From the sequence record PV340856.1: a DNA stretch of 64,000 nucleotides. One strand, 5' to 3'. Below, one piece after another: positions 29,570-39,239 of the stretch. Position 1 is the first letter of the stretch. Every line of letters starts with the position of its first letter. The position numbers were made by a program, and so were the translations under genes. The notes beneath the pieces are model-generated. The model was not told the DNA's origin. It worked only from the letters and a program-made list of their open reading frames with translations, and did not search any database.

Positions 29570-29592
29570 ATACCAGAAATGGTGATTTTATA

Positions 29593-30354
29593 ATGAAAAT
29601 AAATTTTGTCGAACCTAATGAAATTAGAGTCAATCCAGATGCTATCATCAACAACAAAAATATTGGGGAGAAAAATCACCCTCTTATTGTTGTTGATGAT
29701 TTTTTACTAAATCCAGATCAATTAGTCAACGATTATACTAGACACATTCCTGTTGCTCTCAATACTTTGAATTCGGAATCAGTCATACCTGGGTGGTATG
29801 GAGAATTGCCACATAGATTTATAGAAATTGACACATCCATTAATCATTTAATTCATTTATTCACAGATATTACTTTAAGTGATAAAGAAATAAACACTTT
29901 TTCGTGGTCGTATCAGTTAAATGTATTGGCGGGTGGAGTCCAATGTGCGAGAAAAAGTGTGCAACCGCATGTTGATCCAGCAATGTTTGCATGGGTTTTA
30001 TATCTAAATCCAGAGGAAGAATGTAAAGGAGGAACTTCTTTTTACAGACATTCTGAAGCTGGAGATATGAATCTTGAATATGTTGAAAGGTCTTGGAAGA
30101 GAACAACTGAATATTGGAAATATAAAGAGTGGCAATTTGAAAAAATAAGAAATCATGAAAATGAATATGTTGATCTTGATGTAAATTCAATGGACGACTC
30201 TTGGGAAGAATATCATTTTGTAAATATGAAATATAATAGACTCGTTCTATATCCATCATATATTTTCCATAGTGCTCAAATTAAAAAAGATTGGTTTGTG
30301 GAATATCCAAGAGTAAGTATTTCTGGATTTATTAAGTCATCATATTTTACCTAA
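29593..30354 (+). CDS. 2OG-Fe(II) oxygenase-like protein (DUF6445-like)
   Basis: IVVDDFLLNPD, QPHVD, YLNPEEECKGGTSFYRH, YNRLVLYP..FHSA. Confidence 0.75.
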   Translation: MKINFVEPNEIRVNPDAIINNKNIGEKNHPLIVVDDFLLNPDQLVNDYTRHIPVALNTLNSESVIPGWYGELPHRFIEIDTSINHLIHLFTDITLSDKEINTFSWSYQLNVLAGGVQCARKSVQPHVDPAMFAWVLYLNPEEECKGGTSFYRHSEAGDMNLEYVERSWKRTTEYWKYKEWQFEKIRNHENEYVDLDVNSMDDSWEEYHFVNMKYNRLVLYPSYIFHSAQIKKDWFVEYPRVSISGFIKSSYFT

Positions 30355-30921
30355 ATGAACTTATATAATTTTATCTTTACATACGAAGATATTCTAAATG
30401 AAAAAGATCATGAAAGATTTATACATCTTTGCAAAGAATTTGACTTTGGAGAATGTGATAAGTCCGATGACAATTACTATGAATTGGATGTTTTAAGATC
30501 ACATATTCAATTATGCCCCAACGAACATAAAGAGTTATGGCAACTGAGTCATAAAGTGGCAATTAAAACAATGCCAAAAATATATGCTAATTATGAAAAT
30601 TATCTTCCCAAAGAAGTAGATCTATACAATAAATACAGTGGTTACTGGTTATGTAAATATCCCGTAGGTGGTAGATTATCAAATCATGCAGATCTTGATG
30701 GCGATTCTGGTTCGGTAACTATTTCATATACAATAAATGATGATTATGAGGGCGGAGAACTTAGATTTTGGGACAATTATGAGTTGAAAAATTATTCAAA
30801 CTCAGTTCACATTTATCCAAGTAATTTTTTATATCCACATAAAGTAACACCAGTAACTAAAGGAGATAGATATTCGATAGTTTGCTGGTTTGGTTATCAA
30901 AAAGGAAACGACTGGAGTTAA
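30355..30921 (+). CDS. 2OG-Fe(II) oxygenase (prolyl-hydroxylase-like)
   Basis: HADLD, NDDYEGGELRF, YPSNFLYPHKVTPVTKGDRYSIV. Confidence 0.88.
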   Translation: MNLYNFIFTYEDILNEKDHERFIHLCKEFDFGECDKSDDNYYELDVLRSHIQLCPNEHKELWQLSHKVAIKTMPKIYANYENYLPKEVDLYNKYSGYWLCKYPVGGRLSNHADLDGDSGSVTISYTINDDYEGGELRFWDNYELKNYSNSVHIYPSNFLYPHKVTPVTKGDRYSIVCWFGYQKGNDWS

Positions 30922-30923
30922 CA

Positions 30924-31961
30924 ATGGTAGAATTAGAATTACTCGAAAAGGTTCAAAGATCTGGAGAATATCCCAATCTACTCACATCAACCGATGTTGA
31001 TAACATCAAATTGATTGTTGAATCAAATCCAAGTCTATTTGCTTATCCTTGGTATGATAAGAGATCAAATAGGAGAGATTGTGGTGTTGCCATTTCAAGG
31101 ACTTTAGGTGGTTCTACACTATATGGATTCGGATTTGATGTTGTAAAACAAAACAGTGTTTATAAATTATGGGACAACCATATCCTAAGAAGTAATTTAT
31201 TTGCTCACATATTTGACAGCAAAATATATTTTTATGATCCAAGTGATCCATCATCTCCAGAAGAAGAACATATTAGTTTTGATTCTGTTCCAATATTTCA
31301 ACCTTCCATCAATATGATCTGTGGTATAGCTTCAGAAATTACTGGAAGACAGTCTGTAGGAGATTTACAAAATTTATTGCAAATCATTCAAAATGTAGAA
31401 GAATTGGATGATTTGGATTATACGCTTACATATATGCGTATCAATAGAAAAAGGCAAACTATCAAGTTTGATTTTGAGAAAAATGATAACAATAATACCT
31501 TCACTGATATAGTTGAATCTTTAACTTCAGAAGGATCCATCGCAAGAATTAATTGCAGTGGACTTGCAGGTATTATTGCCAGTGAAATATTGTCAGATGA
31601 AAATACTACAACATCTATGACAATTACTTATGGACCAGGAGGACTTTCGGAAGAAATATCTTTTTCATTATCAACCATTTGGAGCAAACTTGCTGCACCA
31701 GGAACCAGTCCCCAAGACAACTATACAGTTTTTCGGGAAAGATCCGTCTCACATACAAATTTTGTCCATGGAACATCCAATATGTTTACTAATCAAAATT
31801 GGATAACTTCAGATATATCAAATGAAATTTCCACATGGGAAGACAATACTATATTAGAGAACATTTATGCAGTTACTACTATCACTGCCTCAGATTCTGG
31901 AGTAGGTACAGAGTTGATATATGGATTTAGTGGACCCAAGAATGGAAAACAACCATCATAG
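30924..31961 (+). CDS. hypothetical protein
   Basis: 345-aa ORF from MVELEL, preceded by GGAG; converges on the Gly-rich gene. Confidence 0.6.
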   Translation: MVELELLEKVQRSGEYPNLLTSTDVDNIKLIVESNPSLFAYPWYDKRSNRRDCGVAISRTLGGSTLYGFGFDVVKQNSVYKLWDNHILRSNLFAHIFDSKIYFYDPSDPSSPEEEHISFDSVPIFQPSINMICGIASEITGRQSVGDLQNLLQIIQNVEELDDLDYTLTYMRINRKRQTIKFDFEKNDNNNTFTDIVESLTSEGSIARINCSGLAGIIASEILSDENTTTSMTITYGPGGLSEEISFSLSTIWSKLAAPGTSPQDNYTVFRERSVSHTNFVHGTSNMFTNQNWITSDISNEISTWEDNTILENIYAVTTITASDSGVGTELIYGFSGPKNGKQPS

Positions 31962-33641
31962 ATCGTAAAATAAAGCTCCATTAGAACTAAAAGTAGCCCA
32001 GCCCTGTGCTCTGCCAGCACTTCCTCCGACTTGGCCAACTCTTCCCTCTCTATCTCCTCTATATCCACATCCCTTTTCGTCCTTTTCTCCACGATCACCC
32101 TTCGCTCCTTTTCCTCCACTTCCGCCGCTGACGTTCCAAGTTCCGCCATTACCACCGCTACCGCCATTACCACCTCTACCGCCACCGCGGTTGCTTCCAC
32201 CTTGGCCTCCTTGGCCTCCTTGACCTCCTTGCCCTGGGATATACCACGAAGATCCATTCCATCTAAACCCCTTCCCATATCCTCCCGCACCGCCATTGCC
32301 GCCGTTGCCACCTTCACCTCCATTTTTTTCACATTTAGTCTTGGAACCCCAGCAGAAATACCCAGCACATCTTTTCACTCCTCTATGACCACCGCCGCCA
32401 CCTTTTCCACCTTTTCCACCGCCGGCACCACCACCGCCTCCACCTGCTGCATCTCCTCCAAATGCACCACTTGGTACATGAACGGGTGAAGCGAAATGTG
32501 CAGCAGGACCGCCATTGCCTCCATTTCCTGCGTTTCCTCCTCCTCTTTCTCCAGCCCAACCATAAATTTTACCCGAAACGGTCATCTCTCCTCTTCCACC
32601 CATTTCTTGATTCCATCTAAAGGCTCTTCCGCTAGGCCCATTTGTCCCTAGACGACCAGTCACGCGAACTTTTTTTGTTATATATGATTTCCAAACAGTT
32701 TCATCAGCAACAATCTGCCACCTCATAATTACCGTATTGCCATTGCCTTGAATGTCATAGATAAGTTTATTGGTGGTATTTCTCATATCTGATGCTTTGA
32801 TTTCCCCAGATGTTGGAACCTCATTCAAATGAGCAAGAATATCAAGAATCTTACTGCCACCTCGGTAAAATTCACTAAGTTTGGTATTACTTTTATCACC
32901 ATTAAATTTTTCTTCCAGTTTGCTAAAACTTATCGATCCAGATTGAAACAACCGATCCCAAGTAACTGCAAGAGTATAAGAAGATAATTCAGACGGGTCA
33001 AAGAAGTCATCGGGATTGCTTTCAATACTTCCAGAAGAAATAGTATTTCTTACATCCTCAGGCAATTCATTAAATGTTTCGCCATGCATCATCTGGGTTC
33101 TTGGATATTCTCTAGCAATACTAGTTACCGATTCAGTTACAGACATCGAAAGAGATTCGGAGTCTATATTTACTCTATGTAAGGTATCATCATCTTCACC
33201 AAGAATAAAAATCTTATCTCTATTTCCATTATATCTTCCCGCAACAGTTGAGATCCATCTAGCACAATCTCTAAGATCTCTGTTTGATTTGTATGGAGTT
33301 TCGGTCTTTCTGAAAAAACAATCTATAAAAACAATTTTACATGTATGAGATACAAATTTTTGAATAACTCCTCCATCTTCATCAGCTAAATTTCTTGAAG
33401 TAGTTTCATTTCCTCTAATTACAATTTTATATTCTCCATTATCTCTATCAAGATCCCATTGCGATGGTTGAAACCAAACATAACAATAAAAGTCTCCAAC
33501 AGTTGATAGGGTTTTGTAAACCTGTTCATCTGCTTGAAGAACATATCTAGTCAGAGGAAAAGTAGAAGGTTGTGGATTTGCATCAATTTCATCTTCAATC
33601 CTCTGTTGTTCGGGATCATAAACTAACTTTGGATTATCCAT
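31956..33641 (-). CDS. glycine-rich tail adhesin-like protein (gp38-like) with an N-terminal degenerate alpha/beta-hydrolase-like segment
   Basis: SGSISFS..LSEFYRGG..PTSGEI fibre-attachment-type motif; KIYGWAGERGG...GGPA...AGGGGGGAGG polyglycine repeats; own late promoter at 33668-33674. Confidence 0.6.
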   Translation of the reverse strand: MDNPKLVYDPEQQRIEDEIDANPQPSTFPLTRYVLQADEQVYKTLSTVGDFYCYVWFQPSQWDLDRDNGEYKIVIRGNETTSRNLADEDGGVIQKFVSHTCKIVFIDCFFRKTETPYKSNRDLRDCARWISTVAGRYNGNRDKIFILGEDDDTLHRVNIDSESLSMSVTESVTSIAREYPRTQMMHGETFNELPEDVRNTISSGSIESNPDDFFDPSELSSYTLAVTWDRLFQSGSISFSKLEEKFNGDKSNTKLSEFYRGGSKILDILAHLNEVPTSGEIKASDMRNTTNKLIYDIQGNGNTVIMRWQIVADETVWKSYITKKVRVTGRLGTNGPSGRAFRWNQEMGGRGEMTVSGKIYGWAGERGGGNAGNGGNGGPAAHFASPVHVPSGAFGGDAAGGGGGGAGGGKGGKGGGGGHRGVKRCAGYFCWGSKTKCEKNGGEGGNGGNGGAGGYGKGFRWNGSSWYIPGQGGQGGQGGQGGSNRGGGRGGNGGSGGNGGTWNVSGGSGGKGAKGDRGEKDEKGCGYRGDREGRVGQVGGSAGRAQGWATFSSNGALFYDL

Positions 33642-33667
33642 GACTATTATAGCTACTATTATATCCC

Positions 33668-33685
33668 TATTTATTGTGATAAATA
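33668..33685. promoter_or_regulatory. back-to-back divergent late promoters
   Basis: TATTTAT (33668-33674, ATAAATA on minus) and ATAAATA (33679-33685). Confidence 0.65.
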
Positions 33686-33706
33686 ATGAAAAACGTGAAA
33701 TTTATC

Positions 33707-33883
33707 ATGACAGACTACGCAAAAGAACTTACAGAACGTTCCGAAAAACTGAGAGAAGAACTACAAGAAATGCAAAAAACGTTTGAAGTGAAAAGAGAAG
33801 AATTTCTCAAAATTCAAGGTGCATTAGAAATGCTGGACGTTTTAGAAAAAGACTCTAAAGAAGCAGAGCAAAATGCTGATTGA
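33707..33883 (+). CDS. small coiled-coil protein
   Basis: MTDYAKELTERSEKLREELQEM...FLKIQGALEML. Confidence 0.6.
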   Translation: MTDYAKELTERSEKLREELQEMQKTFEVKREEFLKIQGALEMLDVLEKDSKEAEQNAD

Positions 33884-33915
33884 ACTCTGACAGAGTAATT
33901 GTATCAAGATGCCAC

Positions 33916-33941
33916 GGGTCGGTCAAGTGCCGACCCATTTT
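33916..33941 (+). terminator. rho-independent terminator
   Basis: GGGTCGG-TCAAGTG-CCGACCC-ATTTT. Confidence 0.7.
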
Positions 33942-33962
33942 AATTTCTTATGGGTTTGGGGG

Positions 33963-33991
33963 TTGACAATCCTGCTAGAACCTGACATACT
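33963..33991 (+). promoter_or_regulatory. sigma70-like early promoter for the DUF262-HNH gene
   Basis: TTGACA-N17-CATACT. Confidence 0.6.
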
Positions 33992-34054
33992 ACTTTTGTC
34001 CGACGGGGTTCCCCCACGACGACACACACTACAGTCCCTACACGGATTCTTATT

Positions 34055-35542
34055 ATGTCTAACAAAATTACAGAAGTCGCAGTAAAAGATCTCTCCACCC
34101 GCAAGGTGATGCAGAAGGTCACACAATTCGCTACACTCAAAGATTTTTCTCGAATCGTCAAACAAACTGGTCGCGATTGCACGGTGCAACGTGAGTCTGT
34201 TTGGCGTTTCATTCCCGATAAACAGTCCAAGTATATGAGTGCCCTTGCACAAGGTTACTCCGATACTTCCATCTTTCACCTCATCAACCTTGAGAAATCG
34301 GTAGAGATTCTTGAACCGATCGCTCTTTCTTCTGGTGTTCCCCAAGATCTGCAATTCATCGATCACCAGAAGTCGTTCATCTCAAAAGGTTTTAACTGGG
34401 TTCACATCGACGGTGGCAATCGTTCCGATACCATTATGGATTGGTACGACAATAAGATTGCTCTTCAACCTGGAAACTATGTGATCCCTACTGGTGGTGA
34501 AGGTGATCTGGTTCGCTACACTCTGAACAAGACAAACTACTTCACTTATGAAGTATGTTGTGAAGAGTTTCCTGCTCTGGTTGAGTTTATCGACAACCAA
34601 ACGATTGCATGGATCGAGTATTCTGGTCTCAATCGTGAAGAACGTCGCGATTTGTTTGAACGTCTGAATGATAACGAGAACCTCAACACTGAGGAACTTC
34701 GTAACTGCAGCACATCGGAGATCTGCACAAACATTCGTGAACTGAACTACAAGTACAAGGATCACTTTGTACTTGACAATGAGAAGAAGACTTTTGTTCT
34801 CAAGTCTAATGCAGAACGCTACAAGTTCTGTGCATACCTTGCATCTCTCCTGAACTTCTACACTTTCCGTGGTCAGGTTGATGCCTTCTCTCCCAAGACT
34901 CTTGACTCAGATTACAACTCAAACTCTGAAGCAGAGAACAACTTCAAAGACTTCAAAAAGTTCTTTGAATCTACTTTCATGCCAATGGTAAAGTATGTCG
35001 GTGACTTCACCAAACTTGGTGGTGCTCGTAACCGTCTGATTGATCTTTACTGTGCTCTGGTTGAAATATATGCAGAGGGCGATGAACTTTATCGTCTAGA
35101 TAACAACAAACTGAATTATCAACACTTCCTTGAGTGTTATCTTGAGTTGGTTGGTAAGTATTGGGGTGAGGAAGAAGCACGGTTTGAAACTGGTCGTTCT
35201 TCCTGCAAGTTCAAGGATCTGTATGGTGCTAACACCAATTACAAGATGAAGCACCGTCTTGAACTTATCCGCAATGAGTTCATCCCCATGTTGAAAGAAC
35301 GTGGTATTGTTGTCACCAAGGATAAGACTCGTTATTTCCCTCAGGAATGGCGACGTATCTTGTGGTCTCGTCAACAGGGTAAGTGTGCTCTGACTGGCGA
35401 AATCATCCCCATCACTGATGTTGAGAACGGTGATAAAGTCCACATCGATCACATCGTTCCTCACTCAAAAGGTGGTAGGACAGTGATGGAGAATGCTCAA
35501 CTTACCCTTGCTGGTCCTAACATGGAGAAGAGTAACAAGTGA
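34055..35542 (+). CDS. DUF262 (ParB/Srx-like) plus C-terminal HNH nuclease; GmrSD-like
   Basis: QRESVW, HIDGGNRS, LFERLNDNENLN; RQQGKCALTG...HIDHIVPHSKGG.T..ENAQL....NMEKSN. Confidence 0.75.
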   Translation: MSNKITEVAVKDLSTRKVMQKVTQFATLKDFSRIVKQTGRDCTVQRESVWRFIPDKQSKYMSALAQGYSDTSIFHLINLEKSVEILEPIALSSGVPQDLQFIDHQKSFISKGFNWVHIDGGNRSDTIMDWYDNKIALQPGNYVIPTGGEGDLVRYTLNKTNYFTYEVCCEEFPALVEFIDNQTIAWIEYSGLNREERRDLFERLNDNENLNTEELRNCSTSEICTNIRELNYKYKDHFVLDNEKKTFVLKSNAERYKFCAYLASLLNFYTFRGQVDAFSPKTLDSDYNSNSEAENNFKDFKKFFESTFMPMVKYVGDFTKLGGARNRLIDLYCALVEIYAEGDELYRLDNNKLNYQHFLECYLELVGKYWGEEEARFETGRSSCKFKDLYGANTNYKMKHRLELIRNEFIPMLKERGIVVTKDKTRYFPQEWRRILWSRQQGKCALTGEIIPITDVENGDKVHIDHIVPHSKGGRTVMENAQLTLAGPNMEKSNK

Positions 35543-36108
35543 ATTTGTTCCCCACTTTAGTGGAAGAGTATGACCTTTCGGGGTCCTCTGCTCTTTCCAC
35601 ATTCAAAGAGATTATTGATACTCAGGGCCAGAAAGGACATCACTTTCTTGCTGTTGGGGGGGAGTCAAGTCATGGTCGTTGGGATCCATTTAGAGTTGAT
35701 GGATCCCGTCCATTAGTTAAACTCGTAGTGCAATGTATGCAGCACTATGTTGATAGGGTGAAACTCAAGCCAATTATTATTGGTAACGCATGGTATAATG
35801 AGTTGCCTCCTGGTGGTTGGACAAACAGACATCGCCATGAGTTTAGTACGATCAGTGGCGCACTATATTTGAAATTACCAGAAAATAGTGGAGATCTTTA
35901 TTTTGTTTCTCCTCTTCAGGGATATAGAATGTGTGAGTTGCATGATGGTCCATCAGAATGGAATGAGTATGAACATGACATGTCAATTAAAGAAGATCAT
36001 TTATATCTTTTTCCTAGTTGGTTAGAGCATGGTAGTAGAGAAAATAAGAGTGGTGAGAGTAGAGTAACTGTTAGTTTTAATACCTCACCATATTCACCCG
36101 ATTCATAA
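35539..36108 (+). CDS. 2OG-Fe(II) oxygenase (TIGR02466-like)
   Basis: AWYN, RHRHEFSTISGALY, LFPSWLEHG, RVTVSFN. Confidence 0.85.
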   Translation: MNLFPTLVEEYDLSGSSALSTFKEIIDTQGQKGHHFLAVGGESSHGRWDPFRVDGSRPLVKLVVQCMQHYVDRVKLKPIIIGNAWYNELPPGGWTNRHRHEFSTISGALYLKLPENSGDLYFVSPLQGYRMCELHDGPSEWNEYEHDMSIKEDHLYLFPSWLEHGSRENKSGESRVTVSFNTSPYSPDS

Positions 36109-36110
36109 TA

Positions 36111-36827
36111 ATGCAAATTTTTGATATTCTGCCTTCACCTCTCGCCGTAGTGCCTTGTCCCTTTCATGAAAATATGAAAAGGACCATTTTTGATGAGATG
36201 GAAAAAATAAGAGATACTGCATGGACAAATTTCGGATCTGATGAACTAAAACATTTGGACTCATGTTCAGTTCTTGATCTACCTGAGTTAGAGAGATTGT
36301 CTGTTTGGATTGAGGAACAAGCAGAGACATTTTGTAAAGAAGTTAAGGGAGATCACCTTGTAGATGGTGTTATCATAACTGATAGTTGGTTAAATCTTTG
36401 TGGTCCTGGTGGTACGCAATCCCCACACTATCACACCAATTCATATCTCAGTGGCATATATTATGTGAACTTTGATGCAAACATTCATTCACCAACTTAT
36501 TTCTATAAATCACAGAATTCACATATGTTTGCTCCACCAACCCCAAATATATCCTTGATGACTGACAATAATACAAAATATACTGAACCTCAATCATTCA
36601 CAGCACAAGAGGGGGAGTTAATCTTATGGTCATCGGAATTGATTCATGGATATAAACCCAATCAAGGAGACACTAGAGTTACATTATCTTTCAATATAAT
36701 GCCTAAGATTGTAACTAGTGGAGAGTATGGGTGGAAGGTTGAGAAACTGTCCCCTAAGGAGCGCCTAGATTGCGTAACAAACAAAAGTCATGGTAATATA
36801 TGGGGAGTTCCACATTTCGATCAATGA
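36111..36827 (+). CDS. 2OG-Fe(II) oxygenase (TIGR02466-like)
   Basis: SWLN, PHYHTNSYLSGIYY, EGELILWSSELIHG, RVTLSFN. Confidence 0.85.
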   Translation: MQIFDILPSPLAVVPCPFHENMKRTIFDEMEKIRDTAWTNFGSDELKHLDSCSVLDLPELERLSVWIEEQAETFCKEVKGDHLVDGVIITDSWLNLCGPGGTQSPHYHTNSYLSGIYYVNFDANIHSPTYFYKSQNSHMFAPPTPNISLMTDNNTKYTEPQSFTAQEGELILWSSELIHGYKPNQGDTRVTLSFNIMPKIVTSGEYGWKVEKLSPKERLDCVTNKSHGNIWGVPHFDQ

Positions 36828-36982
36828 CTTATTCATTCACCGCCACAGTTCGCACAGCGAATCAAGGTCTTAAGACTATTGAATTTGAGTCAATCTCTCA
36901 AAACTCACAAGATGCAAAGATTCAGTGCGAATCAATGACTGGCGGAGAGGTTGTGATGATTAAACCAACCAATCTCAAGTAA
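36824..36982 (+). CDS. small hypothetical protein
   Basis: MTYSFTATVRT...; overlaps the previous stop (ATGA). Confidence 0.55.
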   Translation: MTYSFTATVRTANQGLKTIEFESISQNSQDAKIQCESMTGGEVVMIKPTNLK

Positions 36983-37058
36983 CCACTTGCTAAACTGTCC
37001 CACAGACCCTTGTAGAGGTCTCTGAGGGGTGTATTATTAAAGAGTCAAAGAAACAGAC

Positions 37059-37472
37059 ATGACCACTACCATCACTTCAGTTCTGAATCGTACCGAAGCA
37101 TTGTGTGATGCTTTGGTTCAGAACTTTGCCAGGTATTGCATCAAATCACATCTTCGTTCTGCTCTATCAGCAGAAACTCTTGTCGATTCTGCTTATCACA
37201 AACGTAAAGCAGAAGAAATTGAATCTGGTAAAGGTGATTTGTATCAGTTTCTTATTGAAACTGGTCGTAAATACCATAAAATTATCATGGTCGATACTAG
37301 TGGATCTCGTTCTGTTCACGCTTTTGTGGATAAGAATACTGGAGATGTATATAAATCCGCTAGTTGGAAATCTCCCGCAAAAGGTGTTCGATTCAACCTC
37401 ATGAATGATGCCTCTTACAGTCAGGTTATCTCTACCTGTGATTGGGCAGGTAGTTATCTTTACCTTCGATAA
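37059..37472 (+). CDS. conserved early hypothetical protein
   Basis: GRKYHKII...SVHAFVDKNTGDVYKSASWKSPAKGVRFNL; early-promoter cassette upstream. Confidence 0.7.
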   Translation: MTTTITSVLNRTEALCDALVQNFARYCIKSHLRSALSAETLVDSAYHKRKAEEIESGKGDLYQFLIETGRKYHKIIMVDTSGSRSVHAFVDKNTGDVYKSASWKSPAKGVRFNLMNDASYSQVISTCDWAGSYLYLR

Positions 37473-37497
37473 ATAGACCGCTAACATAGAACTGATT

Positions 37498-37788
37498 ATG
37501 GCAGATCAACGTGCTTCCGTTCATACACAAGAACGATTACAGAAACAATTAAGTGCCACAATGGCAACGGTAGGTGAAATCGACCGCCGTCTTGGTGAAC
37601 TAGAACAACTGGTTTTAGGTTCAATTCACAAAACTCAAGCAGATGTTGTGCATCTTGCTAATGAAGTTGCTGCAATCCGTGATAAGATTGCAATTGGTGA
37701 AAAGTTTGATATGGTAACACCAGTTGCCACAGGTCCAGACCGACCACAACAAGGAAACGCTCAACAACAACCACCCGATTTTCTCTAA
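37498..37788 (+). CDS. hypothetical coiled-coil protein
   Basis: ORF following ATAAATA at 37469-37475. Confidence 0.55.
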   Translation: MADQRASVHTQERLQKQLSATMATVGEIDRRLGELEQLVLGSIHKTQADVVHLANEVAAIRDKIAIGEKFDMVTPVATGPDRPQQGNAQQQPPDFL

Positions 37789-37962
37789 TCATGAACAACG
37801 AATTTGATTATCAGTATAATGATTTTGATGAACTTTATGATGAAATGATGGAAACTGGTCCAGAAGATTGGTTGCCTAGTAGTGGCATCCGAGAGAAGTT
37901 TGATCCCGAAACCGAAAAGATGCTCCGTCAGTTCTGATCATGTGACGGTTATCACTCTGTCC

Positions 37963-37997
37963 ACCCCGTTGCAAGACGGGGTTTTTTTGTGTATAAT
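37963..37997 (+). promoter_or_regulatory. terminator hairpin overlapping a sigma70-like promoter
   Basis: ACCCCGT-TGCAAG-ACGGGGT-T run; TTGCAA-N17-TATAAT within and across the hairpin. Confidence 0.65.
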
Positions 37998-38018
37998 TGA
38001 TCTATCGACGGAACGACT

Positions 38019-39224
38019 TTGACCATCACTCTTCGCCCGCATCAGGAACGCATCATCAATCGTATGCTTTCCTACAACAAAGGTCAGGTGATTGTGCCCA
38101 CTGGTGGTGGCAAAACTCTGACCATGATTATGGATACCAAGAAACGCCATGAAGTTATCAACAACGGCACTACCACCGTTGTTGTTGCTCCCCGCATCTT
38201 ACTTGCAGATCAACTATGCTCTGAGTTCATGGAGGTTATTGATCCCAACAACAGTGATCCTTATCTTCATGTGATGCACGTTCACAGTGGTGAGACACAT
38301 TACACTAGCACAACTAATTCCGATAAGATTCACCTCTATGCTAACTGTGCTCGTAGTATGGGTGAGAACTGCATTATCTTTACCACTTATCATTCACTCC
38401 ATCGTGTGATGAATGCTGACATCGAAGTGAACACAATTTACTTCGATGAAGCACACAACAGTGTGCAGAAGAACTTCTTTCCTGCCACTGAGTTCTTTGC
38501 AGAGAACGCAGATCGTTGCTATTTCTATACAGCAACTCCCAAACATTCTCTTACAGTGAAGAAACCAGGCATGAATTGGGGTCATGTTTATGGTCAGGTT
38601 CTCGTCAATGTTCCTGCTCCTGAACTTGTTCAACAGGGTTACATTCTTCCTCCCAAAGTTGTAGTCAAGAAACTGCCTTTGGTTAAAGGTCGTAAGGTCA
38701 TGTATGCAGAAGATGCAGACAACTTGCTTGAGACTATTGATGATAATAACATCAATAAGACTCTGATCTGTGCTCGTACTACGAAACAGATTGTTGGTCT
38801 TTTGTCTCAGTCTGACTTCTGCCTTCAACTTCGCAAACGTGGTTATTCTTGGATGACGATCACATCTAAGACTGGTGCAATCATTGACGGTAAGAAAGTC
38901 AATCGTGAGCAATTCTTCGATACTCTTAATGCATGGGGTAAAGATGACACCAAGAAATTTGTAGTCATTCACCACTCTATTTTGTCCGAAGGTATCAACG
39001 TCAGTGGTCTTGAGGCAGTCATTTTCATGCGTAACATGGATTACATTGGTATTTCTCAAAGTATTGGACGAGTTATCAGACTTGGCAGCACTGAAAAGAC
39101 CTTTGGTTTAGTTTGCATCCCAACTTATGACACAGTTGGTATCAGCACCGCCAAGAAAGTTCAGGCAGTTGTTGATGTTGTGTTTAATCAAGGTCAACCT
39201 GCTATCAGTGAGATTCGTCGATAA
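38019..39224 (+). CDS. superfamily 2 DExH helicase (ResIII-like)
   Basis: PTGGGKT (motif I), FDEAHN (II), TATP (III), ILSEGINV (V), QSIGRVIR (VI). Confidence 0.9.
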   Translation: MTITLRPHQERIINRMLSYNKGQVIVPTGGGKTLTMIMDTKKRHEVINNGTTTVVVAPRILLADQLCSEFMEVIDPNNSDPYLHVMHVHSGETHYTSTTNSDKIHLYANCARSMGENCIIFTTYHSLHRVMNADIEVNTIYFDEAHNSVQKNFFPATEFFAENADRCYFYTATPKHSLTVKKPGMNWGHVYGQVLVNVPAPELVQQGYILPPKVVVKKLPLVKGRKVMYAEDADNLLETIDDNNINKTLICARTTKQIVGLLSQSDFCLQLRKRGYSWMTITSKTGAIIDGKKVNREQFFDTLNAWGKDDTKKFVVIHHSILSEGINVSGLEAVIFMRNMDYIGISQSIGRVIRLGSTEKTFGLVCIPTYDTVGISTAKKVQAVVDVVFNQGQPAISEIRR

Positions 39225-39239
39225 TTAATAACATATCAA

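Noticed and set aside
31865-32563. Plus-strand ORFs 31865-32368, 32031-32489 and 32375-32563
   Set aside because: Off-frame or antisense artefacts of the stop-poor glycine-codon tract of the minus-strand gene
22298-33641. Diversity-generating retroelement or invertible fibre cassette
   Set aside because: No reverse transcriptase or invertase seen, and no template/variable repeat pair or long inverted repeats noticed by eye; a self-dot-plot would settle it
34055-35542. Homing endonuclease or mobile element call for the HNH gene
   Set aside because: The HNH is C-terminal to a DUF262-like domain, and there is no intron, intein or insertion into a conserved gene
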